Shown one piece after another: positions 13,755-26,230 of a DNA stretch of 64,000 bases (position 1 is its first letter; each line of letters opens with the position of its first letter). Below the pieces are notes generated by a model. That model was not told the origin of the DNA and ran no database searches. It saw nothing but the letters and a program-made list of their open reading frames with translations. Source of the stretch: Macrostomum lignano (Eukaryota); the NCBI GenBank assembly GCA_002269645.1, contig NIVC01001458.1:62001-126000 (forward strand), given 5' to 3'. A program made the translations under genes and the position numbers.

Positions 13755-14700
13755 TCGATTCACAGAGTAGATCCCGAATCACAGAGTAGAAGATCCCGAA
13801 TCATAGAGAAGATCCCGAATCATAGAGTAGAAGATCTCGAATCAAAAAAGTAGAATATCCCAAATCATAGAGTAGAAGATCTCGAATCAAAAAAGTAGAA
13901 TATCCCAAATCATAGAGTAGAAGATCCCGAATCATAGAGCAGAAGATCCCGAATCATAGAGTAGAAGATCCCAAATCATAGATTAGAAGATCCCGAATCA
14001 TAGAGCAGAAGATCCCAAATCATAGATTAGAAGATTCCGAATCATAGAGTAGAAGATCCCGAATCATGGAGTGAAGATTCCGAATCATAGAGTAGAAGAT
14101 TCCGAATCATAGAGTAGAAGATCTCGAATCATAGAGTAGAAGATCCCAAATCATAGAGTAGAAGATCCCAAATCATAGAGTAGAAGATCCCAAATCATAG
14201 AGTAGAAGATCTCGAATCATAGAGTAGAAGATCCCAAATCATAGAGTAGAAGATCTCGAATCATAGAGTAGAAGATCCCAAATCATAGAGTAGAAGATCT
14301 CGAATCATAGAGTAGAAGATCCCAAATCATAGAGTAGAAGATCTCGAATCATAGAGTAGAAGATCCCAAATCATAGAGTAGAAGATCTCGAATCATAGAG
14401 TAGAAGATCCCAAATCATAGAGTAGAAGATCCCAAATCATAGAGTAGAAGATCTCGAATCATAGAGTAGAAGATCTCGAATCATAGAGTAGAAGATCCCA
14501 AATCATAGAGTAGAAGATCCCAAATCATAGAGTAGAAGATCTCGAATCATAGAGTAGAAGATCCCAAATCATAGAGTAGAAGATCCCAAATCATAGAGTA
14601 GAAGATCTCGAATCATAGAGTAGAAGATCCCAAATCATAGAGTAGAAGATCCCAAATCATAGAGTAGAAGATTCCGAATAATAGAGTAGAAGATCCCAAA
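13755..14700. repeat. 22-bp minisatellite (TAGAAGATCCCAAATCATAGAG)
   Basis: Tandem periodicity. Confidence 0.95.
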
Positions 14701-15284
14701 GCATAGGATTTAGCATCATATAGATGTAAATCTACATGTAGGTTTGTAGATAAACATATAATTAAGAAATGGAACAAACATCATCATATGAGTAGATAGA
14801 CATCAAAGTCGATTTATTTTACACCAATATTGGTAGTCACAGTGCAGTATATATACGATAACAAGTCTAATGGTTATACCTGGCAGTGTCACACCTATTG
14901 TGCCTCGGTGCAACCGCAATCCAGTTATATTTATGACAATCTTAGCAAGTAAAACTCACTGAGTACAAGCAGTAAGGATACCCGATTCCTAAATATATAC
15001 CAAGAGCAAAAAACCGAAATTCCAAAGCACACAGAAAAAAAAATTATAATTAACAAGACTTAATTGTTTTGAAAAGCAAACTAACATTCATTAGATGCCT
15101 GATTTACTCTGCTTTTCCTTTTTTCTCTTCCGAAAAATCCCAAAAGTGAACTCTCGGAAATTTTTGGCCAGCGAAATTAACATTCATGATGATACACGTT
15201 AGTGGATAAAGGTCATATGCAATAAAATAATTAACAAAAAACTACACGAGTTGACTTAAGAGAAGAGATCGGTGAAGACTTTCA

Positions 15285-15718
15285 GTTCACCAGACAGTGT
15301 CACCAGAGTGTCACCAGATACAGTGTCACCAGACAGTGTCACCAGACACAGTGTCACCAGATACAGTGTCACCAGACACAGTGTCACCAGACACAGTGTC
15401 ACCAGACATAGTGTCACCAGACATAGCGTCACCAGACACAGTGTCACCAGACATAGCGTCACCAGACACAGTGTCACCAGACACAGTGTCACCAGACACA
15501 GTGTCACCAGACATAGCGTCACCAGACACAGTGTCACCAGACATAGCGTCACCAGACACAGTGTCACCAGACATAGCGTCACCAGACACAGTGTCACCAG
15601 ACATAGCGTCACCAGACACAGTGTCACCAGACATAGCGTCACCAGAGACAGTGTCACCAGACATAGCGTCACCAGACACAGTGTCACCAGACATAGCGTC
15701 ACCAGACACAGTGTCACA
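15285..15718. repeat. 15-bp minisatellite (GTGTCACCAGACACA)
   Basis: Tandem periodicity; explains four overlapping ORFs. Confidence 0.95.
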
Positions 15719-16036
15719 ACCAAATAAGTCACCGTCTCATTATAGAAATAAAGCAAAAACTCCCTTTGCATTCTGCAGTTTAACCTCTGCAGGGAGTTGA
15801 CTAAGATGAGCCAAATTTTGCACCTGGACTCGACCCAGTCAATAATTCCAGTTGTTTCCAAACAAGAACAAAAATCTACTAAAGTCATTAACGTACTCAG
15901 AAATGTTCACAAACATAGCATAAATATATCGATAGGGTAAAGCGGTAAATTGAAATGAATTTAACTAAGCAAAAAAACAAATAGTTAAGGAGAGAAGCAT
16001 TTGTCGGCGATCTAGAAGTACAAGCTGTCCTTTTCT

Positions 16037-16084
16037 CTACTTCAAAAGCGACCACTTGAACTGCTCTTTGGCCTGCTGGAGAAC
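16037..16084 (-). CDS. COPZ1: Coatomer zeta terminal exon (VLQQAKEQFKWSLLK*)
   Basis: Acceptor gtatttcag followed by 16 codons matching the conserved zeta-COP C-terminus (VLQSAKEQIKWSLLR type). In phase with the main exon. Confidence 0.92.
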   Translation of the reverse strand, partial: VLQQAKEQFKWSLLK

Positions 16085-16392
16085 CTGAAATACGTTAGAT
16101 AAATAAATAAATTTAGATTAATTTGCGACTTAGCAGTAAAATTGCATAAAAGGTAAACACGTTAAAGACACTACTCATAGTAGATAGTCTGGTACGTACT
16201 AGTGTACTATAATGTAGCCGGGGAAAAAACACGAAAGCACAACTAATAAAATCAGTCTCGATTCTATTCAAAAAAATTATGGTTCGAATATAGCAATACG
16301 TATTAGAAGGCAAATATTCACTCGGGTATTTAAATGCGCATTAGAATTTTAAATTAAATAGTTATGAGCATTTAAGTCTAAATGCTGCGCCC

Positions 16393-16930
16393 ACCACTCT
16401 ATGAGGTAATTTGATTGGCTCATCTGGTAGCTGCACCTGCCACTCTATGAGGTAATTTGATTGGCTCATCTGGTAGCTGCACCTGCCACTCTATGAGGTA
16501 ATTTGATTGGCTCATCTGGTAGCTGCACCTGCCACTCTATGTCATTTGATTGGCTCATCTGGTAGCTGCACCTGCCACTCTATGAGGTCATTTGATTAGC
16601 TCATCTGGTAGCTGCACCTGCCACTCTATGAGGTAATTTGATTGGCTCATCTGGTAGCTGCAACTACAACTCTATGATGTCATTTGATTGGCTCATCTGG
16701 TAGCTGCAATTGCCGCTCTATGTCATTTGATTGGCTCATCTGGTAGCTGCACCTGCCACTCTATGAGGTCATTTGATTGGCTCATCTGGTAGCTGCACCT
16801 GCCACTCTATGAGGTCATTTGATTAGCTCATCTGGTAGCTGCACCTGCCACTCTATGAGGTCATTTGATTGGCTCATCTGGTAGCTGCACCTGCCACTCT
16901 ATGAGGTCATTTGATTGGCTCATCTGGTAG
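16393..16930. repeat. 46-bp minisatellite in the last COPZ intron
   Basis: Unit GCCACTCTATGAGGTCATTTGATTGGCTCATCTGGTAGCTGCACCT. Confidence 0.95.
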
Positions 16931-17205
16931 ACATCAATATACTTTATAGAATTTTATGTATTGCACGAAGTTAAGATACCAAAGCACTGCTAGTAAACAT
17001 TAATTAAGCACAGAAAGTAGGTCGCCTTTAACTTCCCTTCGGCTAATAATACCACGTTGAATAAGATTTTTTCACCAAAACATTTCCAGGAAAAACAAAT
17101 TACACAGGACAAGGGCATGGTGCATTATTCGAACGCTTACAACTGCCAATTGGTACAAGCAAAGCGGAGCTCGTTTTGAAGTTGGACTTTCCCACGGCTC
17201 GATCC

Positions 17206-18262
17206 TACACCAGGATCCCAGTCCCTAATACCAGGATCCCAGTCTCTAATACCAGGATCCCAGTCCCTAATACCAGGATCCCAGTCCCGGATACCAGGAT
17301 CCCAGTCCTGAATACCAGGATCCCAGTCCCGGATACCAGGATCCCAGTCCTGAATACCAGGATCCCAGTCCCTAATACCAGGATCCCAGTCCCGGATACC
17401 AGGATCCCAGTCCCGGATACCAGGATCCCAGTTCCGAATACCAAGATCCCAGTCCCGAATACCAGGATCCCAGTCCCGAATACCAGGATCCCAGTCTCGA
17501 ATCGAATACCAGGATCCCAGTCCCGAATACCAGGATTCGAATACCAAGGTCCCAGTCCCGAATACCAGAATCCCAGTCCCGAATACCAGGATCCCAGTCC
17601 CGAATACCAGGATCCCAGTCCCGGATACCAGGATCCCAGTCCCTAATACCAGGATCCCAGTCCCGGATACCAGGATCCCAGTTCCAAATACCAAGATCTC
17701 AGTCCCGAATACCAGGATCCCAGTCCCTAATACCAAGATCCCAGTCCCGAATACCAGGATCCCAGTCTCGAATACCAGGATCCCAGTCCCTAATACCAGG
17801 ATCCCAGTCCCTAATACCAAGATCCCAGTCCTGAATACCAGGATCCCAGTCCCTAATACCAGGATCCCAGTCCTGGATACCAGGATCCCAGTTCCGAATA
17901 CCAAGATCCCAGTCCCGAATACCAGGATCTCAGTCCCGAATACCAGGATCCCAGTCCCGAATACCAGGATCTCAGTCCCGAATACCAGGATCCCAGTCCT
18001 GAATACCAGGATCCCAGTCCCGAATACCAGGATCGCAGTCCTGAATACCAGGATCCCAGTCCCGAATACCAGGATCGCAGTCCTGAATACCAGGATCCCA
18101 GTCCCGAATACCAGGATCGCAGTCCTGAATACCAGGATCCCAGTCCCGAATACCAGGATCGCAGTCCTGAATACCAGGATCCCAGTCCCGAATACCAGGA
18201 TCGCAGTCCCGAATACCAGGATCGCAGTCCTGAATACCAGGATCCCAGTCCCGAATACCAGG
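17206..18262. repeat. 21-bp minisatellite (AATACCAGGATCCCAGTCCCG) in COPZ intron
   Basis: Tandem periodicity. Confidence 0.95.
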
Positions 18263-18549
18263 CTCCTAATCGGCAATACTAAGATCCAAGTCACGAATCA
18301 TTCTATCATGATTTCTAACCCTAGATTTTCGAACCTTACTTGTGTCTTAATCACGAATCACAGGACCAGAGTTCCAATTCGAAAATCTCTATTCAGAGTT
18401 AGAATTCACACCTTCACCAAAGCGTGTGACCAAGTGTACTAATGCTAATTAATGAGCCAATAGACGTGTCACAGTTAAAGACGGTGATAAAAAAGATACA
18501 CAATAGGTGACAAAACCCATCAAAACTCGAACTGAGCTATCTTACTCAC

Positions 18550-18570
18550 CTGCAGTTTCTGGGAGACTTG
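18550..18570 (-). CDS. COPZ1: Candidate 21-nt in-frame microexon of coatomer zeta (QVSQKLQ)
   Basis: On the minus strand: CTAAC branch-like motif about 30 nt upstream, tatttatag acceptor, 21 nt, then CAG|GTGAGTAAG donor. Phase 0-0, lying between the main and terminal exons. Confidence 0.5.
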
Positions 18571-18749
18571 CTATAAATAGACAGATATAATAGACAGGTT
18601 AGACGGATAGAGGTGACAACTACAGATTAACTAATTCAAATTGATACAAAATTAAACGACGTGCGGAACATTCGAAGCAAAACAATATCAAAGCAAAATG
18701 TTATTAACGCAAAGAAGAACTGCATTTAGGACCAGAAATTCTTTTGGGA

Positions 18750-20418
18750 TCTGACATGCTCCCTCTGACATCTGGAACAGTATCTGACATGCTCCCTCTG
18801 ACATCTGGAACTGTATCTGACATGCTCCCTCTGACATCTGGAACTGTATCTGACATGCTTCCTCTGACATCTGGAATAGTATCTGACATGCTCCCTCTGA
18901 CATCTGGAACTGTATCTGACATGCTTCCTCTGACATCTGGAATAGTATCTGACATGCTCCCTCTGACATCTGGAACTGTATCTGACATGCTCCCTCTGAC
19001 ATCTGGAACTGTATCTGATATGCTCCCTCTGACATCTGGAACTGTATCTGACATACTCCATCTGACATCTGGAACTGTATCTGACATGCTCCCTCTGACA
19101 TCTGGAATAGTATCTGACATGCTCCCTCTGACATCTGGAACTGTATCTGACATGCTCCCTCTGACATCTGGAACTGTATCTGACATGCTCCATCTGACAT
19201 CTGGAACTGTATCTGACATGCTCCCTCTGACATCTGGAATAGTATCTGACATGCTCCCTCTGACATCTGGAATAGTATCTGACATGCTCCCTCTGACATC
19301 TGGAACTGTATCTGACATGCTCCCTCTGACATCTGGAACTGTATCTGACATGCTCCCTCTGACATCTGGAATAGTATCTGACATGCTCCCTCTGACATCT
19401 GGAACTGTATCTGACATGCTCCCTCTGACATCTGGAACTGTATCTGACATGCTCCCTCTGACATCTGGAACTGTATCTGACATGCTCCCTCTGACATCTG
19501 GAACTGTATCTGACATGCTCCCTCTGACATCTGGAATAGTATCTCACATGCTCCCTCTGACATCTGGAACTGTATCTGACATGCTCCCTCTGACATCTGG
19601 AACTGTATCTGATATGCTCCCTCTGACATCTGGAACTGTATCTGACATGCTCCCTCTGACATCTGGAACAGTATCTGACATGCTCCCTCTGACATCTGGA
19701 ACTGTATCTGACATGCTCCCTCTGACATCTGGAACTGTATCTGACATGCTTCCTCTGACATCTGGAATAGTATCTCACATGCTCCCTCTGACATCTGGAA
19801 CTGTATCTGACATGCTCCCTCTGACATCTGGAATAGTATCTGACATGCTCCCTCTGACATCTGGAACTGTATCTGACATGCTTCCTCTGACATCTGGAAT
19901 AGTATCTGACATGCTCCCTCTGACATCTGGAACTGTATCTGACATGCTCCCTCTGACATCTGGAACTGTATCTGACATGCTCCCTCTGACATCTGGAACT
20001 GTATCTGACATGCTCCCTCTGACATCTGGAACTGTATCTGATATGCTCCCTCTGACATCTGGAATAGTATCTGACATGCTCCCTCTGACATCTGGAACTG
20101 TATCTGATATGCTCCCTCTGACATCTGGAACTGTATCTGACATGCTCCCTCTGACATCTGGAACAGTATCTGACATGCTCCCTCTGACATCTGGAACTGT
20201 ATCTGACATGCTCCCTCTGACATCTGGAACTGTATCTGATATGCTCCCTCTGACATCTGGAATAGTATCTGACATGCTCCCTCTGACATCTGGAACTGTA
20301 TCTGATATGCTCCCTCTGACATCTGGAATAGTATCTGACATGCTCCCTCTGACATCTGGAACAGTATCTGACATGCTCCATCTGACATCTGGAACTGTAT
20401 CTGACACCCTCCATCTGA
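18750..20418. repeat. 33-bp minisatellite (CTGACATCTGGAACTGTATCTGACATGCTCCCT) in COPZ intron
   Basis: Highly homogeneous tandem array; source of the 560-580 aa ORFs. Confidence 0.97.
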
Positions 20419-20588
20419 CAATTAATGACATTCTGTACATCAAAACAGGTGTAGAACTTTTATGTACAATGAGGCCCCCCTGACGACATGGACAACTATT
20501 GGAAAATGGCATCACTAACAACAAGCCATAATGACAATTAAACAACGAAAACTCGACATCATCTACATGGTAGATTGAAGTCACGAAC

Positions 20589-21062
20589 CTGCGTGACGGA
20601 GCCCTCCAACTGCTGCGTGTCGTCTAGTCTGGAGCCGACCCTGGACACCAGCTGGATGCTGTCGGTCTCCAACACGATGCCGCTGTCGCACAGCTCATCG
20701 ATAGCAAGAAATACCAAGTCCAAGCTATCCAACAAGGCGCGCTTCTCCACATTTTTCTTTAAAATCTGCGACACTGCATCGTACAGAGTGTTGAGAGTGT
20801 TAGATAAGATTAGTTCGTTCTCGACCGCGTCTCCAATCACGTAGAAGATTAGATCCACGTTGCTCTTGAATACGCAGGTGTAACCTTCAAACATGACTAT
20901 TTCGGCGGCCAAATTCTTCGACGTCTTGGCAAATAGGCTGGTCTCGAATGCGCGCTGTTCTTTTACAGACGGCATCGAGTCTGCGCCATAGTATTTGGCA
21001 ATAATGCGCCTCCCATCGTTGTCAAGGATGAGGATGGCTTTGATCGTGTGCAACGAGATATC
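20589..21062 (-). CDS. COPZ1: Coatomer subunit zeta, main coding exon (DISLHTIKAILILDNDG...EGSVTQ)
   Basis: Clear zeta-COP sequence (KAILILDNDG, KEQRAFE, ENELIL, KNVEKRALL). Acceptor atttccag at 21063, donor GTTCGT at 20588; 474 nt, phase 0 at both ends. The start-codon exon was not resolved. Confidence 0.93.
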
Positions 21063-21106
21063 CTGGAAATTGTCGATTTTGCGAAAGATGTATGCATTGA
21101 AGTGAA

Positions 21107-21692
21107 AACTGGGTTTTTGGTTTGATTTAGGGTCAAGACTGGGTTTTAGGTTCGATTTAAGGTCAAGACTGGGTTCTGGGTTTGATTTAAGGTCAAGACT
21201 GGGTTTTAGGTTCGATTTAAGGTCAAGACTGGGTTCTGGGTTTGATTTAAGGTCAAGACTGGGTTTTAGGTTCGATTTAAGGTCAAGACTGGGTTCTGGG
21301 TTTGATTTAAGGTCAAGACTGGGTTTTAGGTTCGATTTAAGGTCAAGACTGGGTTCTGGGTTTGATTTAAGGTCAAGACTGGGTTTTAGGTTCGATTTAA
21401 GGTCAAGACTGGGTTCTGGGTTTGATTTAAGGTCAAGACTGGGTTTTAGGTTCGATTTAAGGTCAAGACTGGGTTCTGGGTTTGATTTAAGGTCAAGACT
21501 GTGTTTTAGGTTCGATTTAAGGTCAAGACTGGGTTCAGGGTTTGATTTAAGGTCAAGACTGGGTTCTGGGTTTGACTTAAGGTCAAGACTGGGTTCTGGG
21601 TTTGATTTAAGGTTAAGACTGGGTTCTGGGTTTGATTTAAGGTCAAGACTGGGTTTTGGGTTCGATTTAAGGTCAAGACTGGGTTTGATTTA
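21107..21692. repeat. 30-bp minisatellite (GATTTAAGGTCAAGACTGGGTTCTGGGTTT) with alternating dimer
   Basis: Tandem periodicity; lies just upstream of the COPZ main exon acceptor. Confidence 0.95.
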
Positions 21693-21852
21693 AGGTTGGG
21701 GCTGTGCTTTGAGCTTGGCTAGAGGTCAAGGTTAGCTCCTAGGTCAGGTTAGGGTTAATGTTATATTCTGTATATGAGAATAACATTTAATCCATCTTCT
21801 ATTCTGGCTATATGAACTAGTAGTGAAAATTCAAAGTTAGACTAGTTATTTT

Positions 21853-22252
21853 TAAGGGTTGGACGTGATCACAATTGTGATCACGATTTCGTGAATTCAC
21901 GACCATTTTTTACAATCGTTATTTCCTTGAAACCCATTCACAACAGTCGTGAATTTCCGATTTATTACATTTTTATTAGAAGTATAACTTTTCTACTTGG
22001 TTTACCAAAACATGTGAACACAAATGTGTAAAAGAGTAATAAATTTTAAATTTGTTGACTTGACAGCATTACCGAGTAGCTATTATCTATTTATAAATAT
22101 TTCTTTTCTTGTTTTGTTATTTTCAACACTTGTAACTTACAAGCTCAAAATACGTGTATGCAAATATAAATTCACGATCACGATCACGATCAACTTTGAA
22201 AATTTCACAAAATTTCACGCCTGACCAAAATTTTCTGCTTGTCCGACCTCTA
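21853..22252. mobile_element. 400-bp hAT-type MITE
   Basis: Imperfect TIRs TAAGGGTTGGAC / GTCCGACCTCTA, 8-bp TSD GTTATTTT (21845-21852, 22253-22260), subterminal GATCAC repeats. Confidence 0.7.
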
Positions 22253-22801
22253 GTTATTTTAATTGATTTTGGATATAGAACCCAACTTTGAAAATTATGG
22301 TTTAATAAAAAATTAATATAGCATTAAAAAACTGCTATTTAAAAGAATGAAAAAAAATAATAATTGATTTTATACCCTGTATTTATTAAACATTTTACTT
22401 ATGACCTGGTAACAATGAAAATTACAATAGATTGCATACATTGAATTGTTGACAACTAATAATCTATTTGACATGTCTTCAATAATAAAATTGGAAGCAT
22501 CATTTGGGGCCAACCTGTTAAGAAGCCTTGTCTATTAGATCTAGTACTGTTAATTGCAATTGCAATCTCTACTATTAATTGGTACTGGTACTGTTAATTG
22601 CAATCTCTAGAGCATTATGGACATTCAAGCATTCAAGCATAAAACCTTAGAGATTTAGTATATTTGGATAGATTGTAATGAAATATCCTATGATTAGTAA
22701 ATTTAACAATTGTACAAGTATGGCGATTTTTAATGGTATATTAGGAATTGGACAACAACAACTTAGTCACACATCATATACCTATGTCTCATCAAGGTAT
22801 A

Positions 22802-25280
22802 GTAGTAGTAGTAAGAGAGAATTTGGCTCAGGCAATTAGCCTGTTTGGCCAATATATTATAGAGCTATGTATTTGGAAAAGTTTTTGAAATAGAGGTTTA
22901 TAAAGACGATTTGCCGCAATCGTTAGTAGTAGTAAGAGTTAAAGTTATTGTAAAAGATAAAGTATTTGAAAGCGCGCCAGAATTTTTACGGTATTTTTGG
23001 ACAAAAAGTGACGACTAACAACTAACAACGAGTATAAATATTAATACAAAAATGAGTACAAATTACGAGGTATAGCTTTAATTGCGAGATTACTTTGGTA
23101 AGCGAGTTTGTAAAAAAAGATGTAGTATTTTTGAAAGCTCATGATACTTCAAAGCGTGAAAAAAACGAACATAAACAACTTCAAAAGAACTTTACGTTTA
23201 ACGAATAACGACGATTTAAATAGGGAATTAAAAAAGACAGTAAATGAATAAACAACTGAAAAGCGGATTTGTTACACGGGTAATTCCACGAGATGATGGT
23301 CGTTGGGTTGGAGCAAATAATAATCAGTAATCATACAAAAGACAAACTAAATTGAGACTTTGTGAGTTCTATATTTATGGGCGTGACCTCTAGATTGAGA
23401 TGAGATACATTTTAAAGTCATTTGTCTTACTGTGTTGATTTAGCAGAGAGAAACTTTCAATGACGGTCGTTTTTGGTGAAAGTTTATGTATCCAACTTTA
23501 TAACTCAAGTTTAAGATTCCTGCGAATCAGGCAAGTTTTTGTCTCAATTGATCATTAATTGAAGTAAACAATAGCTAGATGAATGGTTACAAACAATTAT
23601 TACATTTTAGTAGATAACTTTAACTGTGTTGCACGTTTTTTCTTAAATGATGGTCGTTGACTGATGGTCGTTTGTTTCAAAAAAACAACCATCAGTTTCA
23701 AAAAGTGTATCAGGATTCTCTATTTTTAGATAAGATCTCGGTTAAAAGATTGTTTATAATCCATAGTTGTTCATATAAAAACTATAACTTGCTTGTCTAA
23801 CCATAAAATTTATTGTACCTGTTTCACATTTCAGATCAAACGTACTTATGCACCTTCAACAAAACATCACTTCATGATTGCACAACTCAACATATGATCA
23901 TAAAGATGGACAGTCCTAATCTATTCAAGAATTCAAAGAATAGAATATAACAATTAACAAAACCAAAGGCAAATACAGATTATTTGTTAGGCAATAAGCA
24001 GTAGCACCAATAGATAGTAAAAACTTGAGTCTAGTTAGACTACTTATGCTGAAGATTGGGGCATGTGTTAAAGTGCAGTGCAAACTAAAGTGGAGAGTTC
24101 TAGGTGCATGGTTAGTAATTTGAACAACCTTTTTAATAGTGCAGGTTGAAAATGATTTTAAGGTATCAAACAAGTAATTGACAGTATACATTTTTAATAA
24201 AAGACTTGAATTCCACTATATTTTTCTTTACAATCAAAACTGTAAAAACTTTGAAAGAGAAATTGAATAAGTAATTCACATTTAAAAAAAGACATGGTTT
24301 TAGAATATCAGTAAATTCAGTTTTTTGTATAAAATTTAGGAATAAATGATAGTAATTCAGGTTTTATGAAGATCAACAAATTTCAGAATACCAGAAAATG
24401 ATGGTCATTAGGTAACTTTGCAGGGTTTTTTTAGCATGTTACACTTATCATAAACTAACAAAAATGACTATAAACTTAAATATAGGCTCAGAAAATATTT
24501 TAGCAAAAAATTATCAACTTATAAACCTCTTGAAAATTAGTACAACAACTTTTTGTAAAAAAAATGATGGTCGTTTTTAACACTTAAAAAAGGGAAGTCA
24601 AACTTTTTAAAATATAAAATTATGATAGATAGAACTATATTAGATCATAAAACTTTATAATTTCAGTCTTTAGATATAAGAAAGAAAGATTTTTATTATT
24701 TATGCACTTGATGCATTATGTTTATTAACTTTTTTTCTTATTGAAAACTAGATTAAACTTTTTATAATGTCCCGCGGGACATTTAAAATCTTGCAAGGGT
24801 ACCATGATCAAAACAAAATATATATACCTAGAGGTAGATAAATGTATATGAAACTATATAAAAATGAAACTATACATAATTATATGCAAAATGAAATATT
24901 CACATTTGCAAATAATTTTAAAAAAAATTTCTATACCTTTGATGACCCTATCATGGAATAACCCACACTGCTAATGTATCTGATTCAGTTTGTTTAACTG
25001 TTTTAGCTATTCATGACTTCATATATTTTAGCTACACCAGTGAGTTCTTTTCTGACTCTTTTTTCATTTGTAGCATATCCTATCTTGTGTATTTGATTGC
25101 TATTTAAGAGGTATTGACAGAAGTATTTTTTCCTGATCTCTTCAGTTTGTGGACATTCGGTCAAGTAGTGTAGAATGTCAGAACCATTTCGCGCTCCACA
25201 CATTTTACATGGTTCTTGAGAAAAAAAGTTGGGTATAATCTCGCATTTCAGTTTTAGGAGGGTTGTTAAGAATTGTTAAG
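22802..25280 (-). mobile_element. 5'-truncated LINE insertion between 86-bp direct repeats
   Basis: Minus-strand ORF2-type C-terminus LLKLKCE...CKMCGARNGSDILHYLTECP (CCHC) at 25003-25280 is cut at the right repeat. A (TAC)n tail abuts the left repeat. Identical repeats at 22716-22801 and 25281-25366. Confidence 0.6.
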
Positions 25281-26080
25281 AAGTATGGCGATTTTTAATG
25301 GTATATTAGGAATTGGACAACAACAACTTAGTCACACATCATATACCTATGTCTCATCAAGGTATAACTTAATAGATAACAACATTTAAATTTGTGCCAA
25401 GAACAATCTGATCAAACAAAATCTATGCATTTAAACTTTTATTCATAAACAGAAAACAGTAAATAAATAAATTATATATTTGGAATAGTTGATAATGGAA
25501 ATTACAAACTGTTAATACATATACATAGGACTGAGAAAAAACCTTTATAGGAGTAAAATAGTGAGAATAGAATAAACAGTGCCATTAGACTGCTTAGGCC
25601 AGAAGTATAGTACATATACATATGCTACTAATAGTACAGAAGTAGATAGAGAAGTAGATACATTACCAATAGATATAAGTATAAGCATCAAGTATATACA
25701 TTCAAAAGTACATTAATAACTGTCAATAGGAGAATATAGGAATTACACCATTTTACCCATTTTACCCATGTAAAATGGATTTTATACTTGCGAGGGTAAC
25801 ATGGTATACCTCTAGCATAATACTAATGACATTGATAGGATTATTCTAAGGGAACTTCTTATCCCTATGTCAACTTTGGTGGCAGCTTTAGGATATTTAT
25901 AATAATAACAATCAGCATTGTTATAGCTTGGTAAGTGCATTGGGATTTCTAAAAGAGGGAATATAGCCCCTGCTACATAATTAATAGATTAAATAATAAA
26001 AAATTCCAGAGTTTAAACTTTATAAAAATCTTGCTAAAGTCCCTACATATGGTATAGACAAAAGATATCATGCTTGGGCA

Positions 26081-26230
26081 CAACCTTGGGATTCACTCGG
26101 CTGTTTCTGTTAGCAATACACACATGTAAGGTGCTATTGGATGGAATAGTAGTCATGTGACTGCTCTCAGCCAATAGGGACTTACATGTATATGTTGCCA
26201 ATAGAAATGGCTGGGTGATTCCCAAGGTTG
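26081..26230. repeat. 150-bp degenerate palindrome (hairpin MITE-like)
   Basis: Arms start CAACCTTGGGA and end TCCCAAGGTTG, with a centre near AGTCATGTGACT. Mismatches in the outer arms are mostly transitions. Confidence 0.75.

Noticed and set aside
17141-17204. 64-nt AG...GTAAG segment as a COPZ exon
   Set aside because: Its length is not a multiple of 3, so it would frameshift the conserved C-terminus, and the acceptor lies within repeat sequence lacking a pyrimidine tract.
17137-18294. 385-aa and overlapping repetitive ORFs
   Set aside because: 21-bp minisatellite artefacts.
18688-20584. ORFs of 270-579 aa on the minus strand
   Set aside because: Translations of a stop-free 33-bp minisatellite inside a COPZ intron, with several frames open at once.
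24030-24120. LMLKIGACV as Helitron/PIF1 helicase remnant
   Set aside because: One short motif with no supporting helicase motifs nearby.
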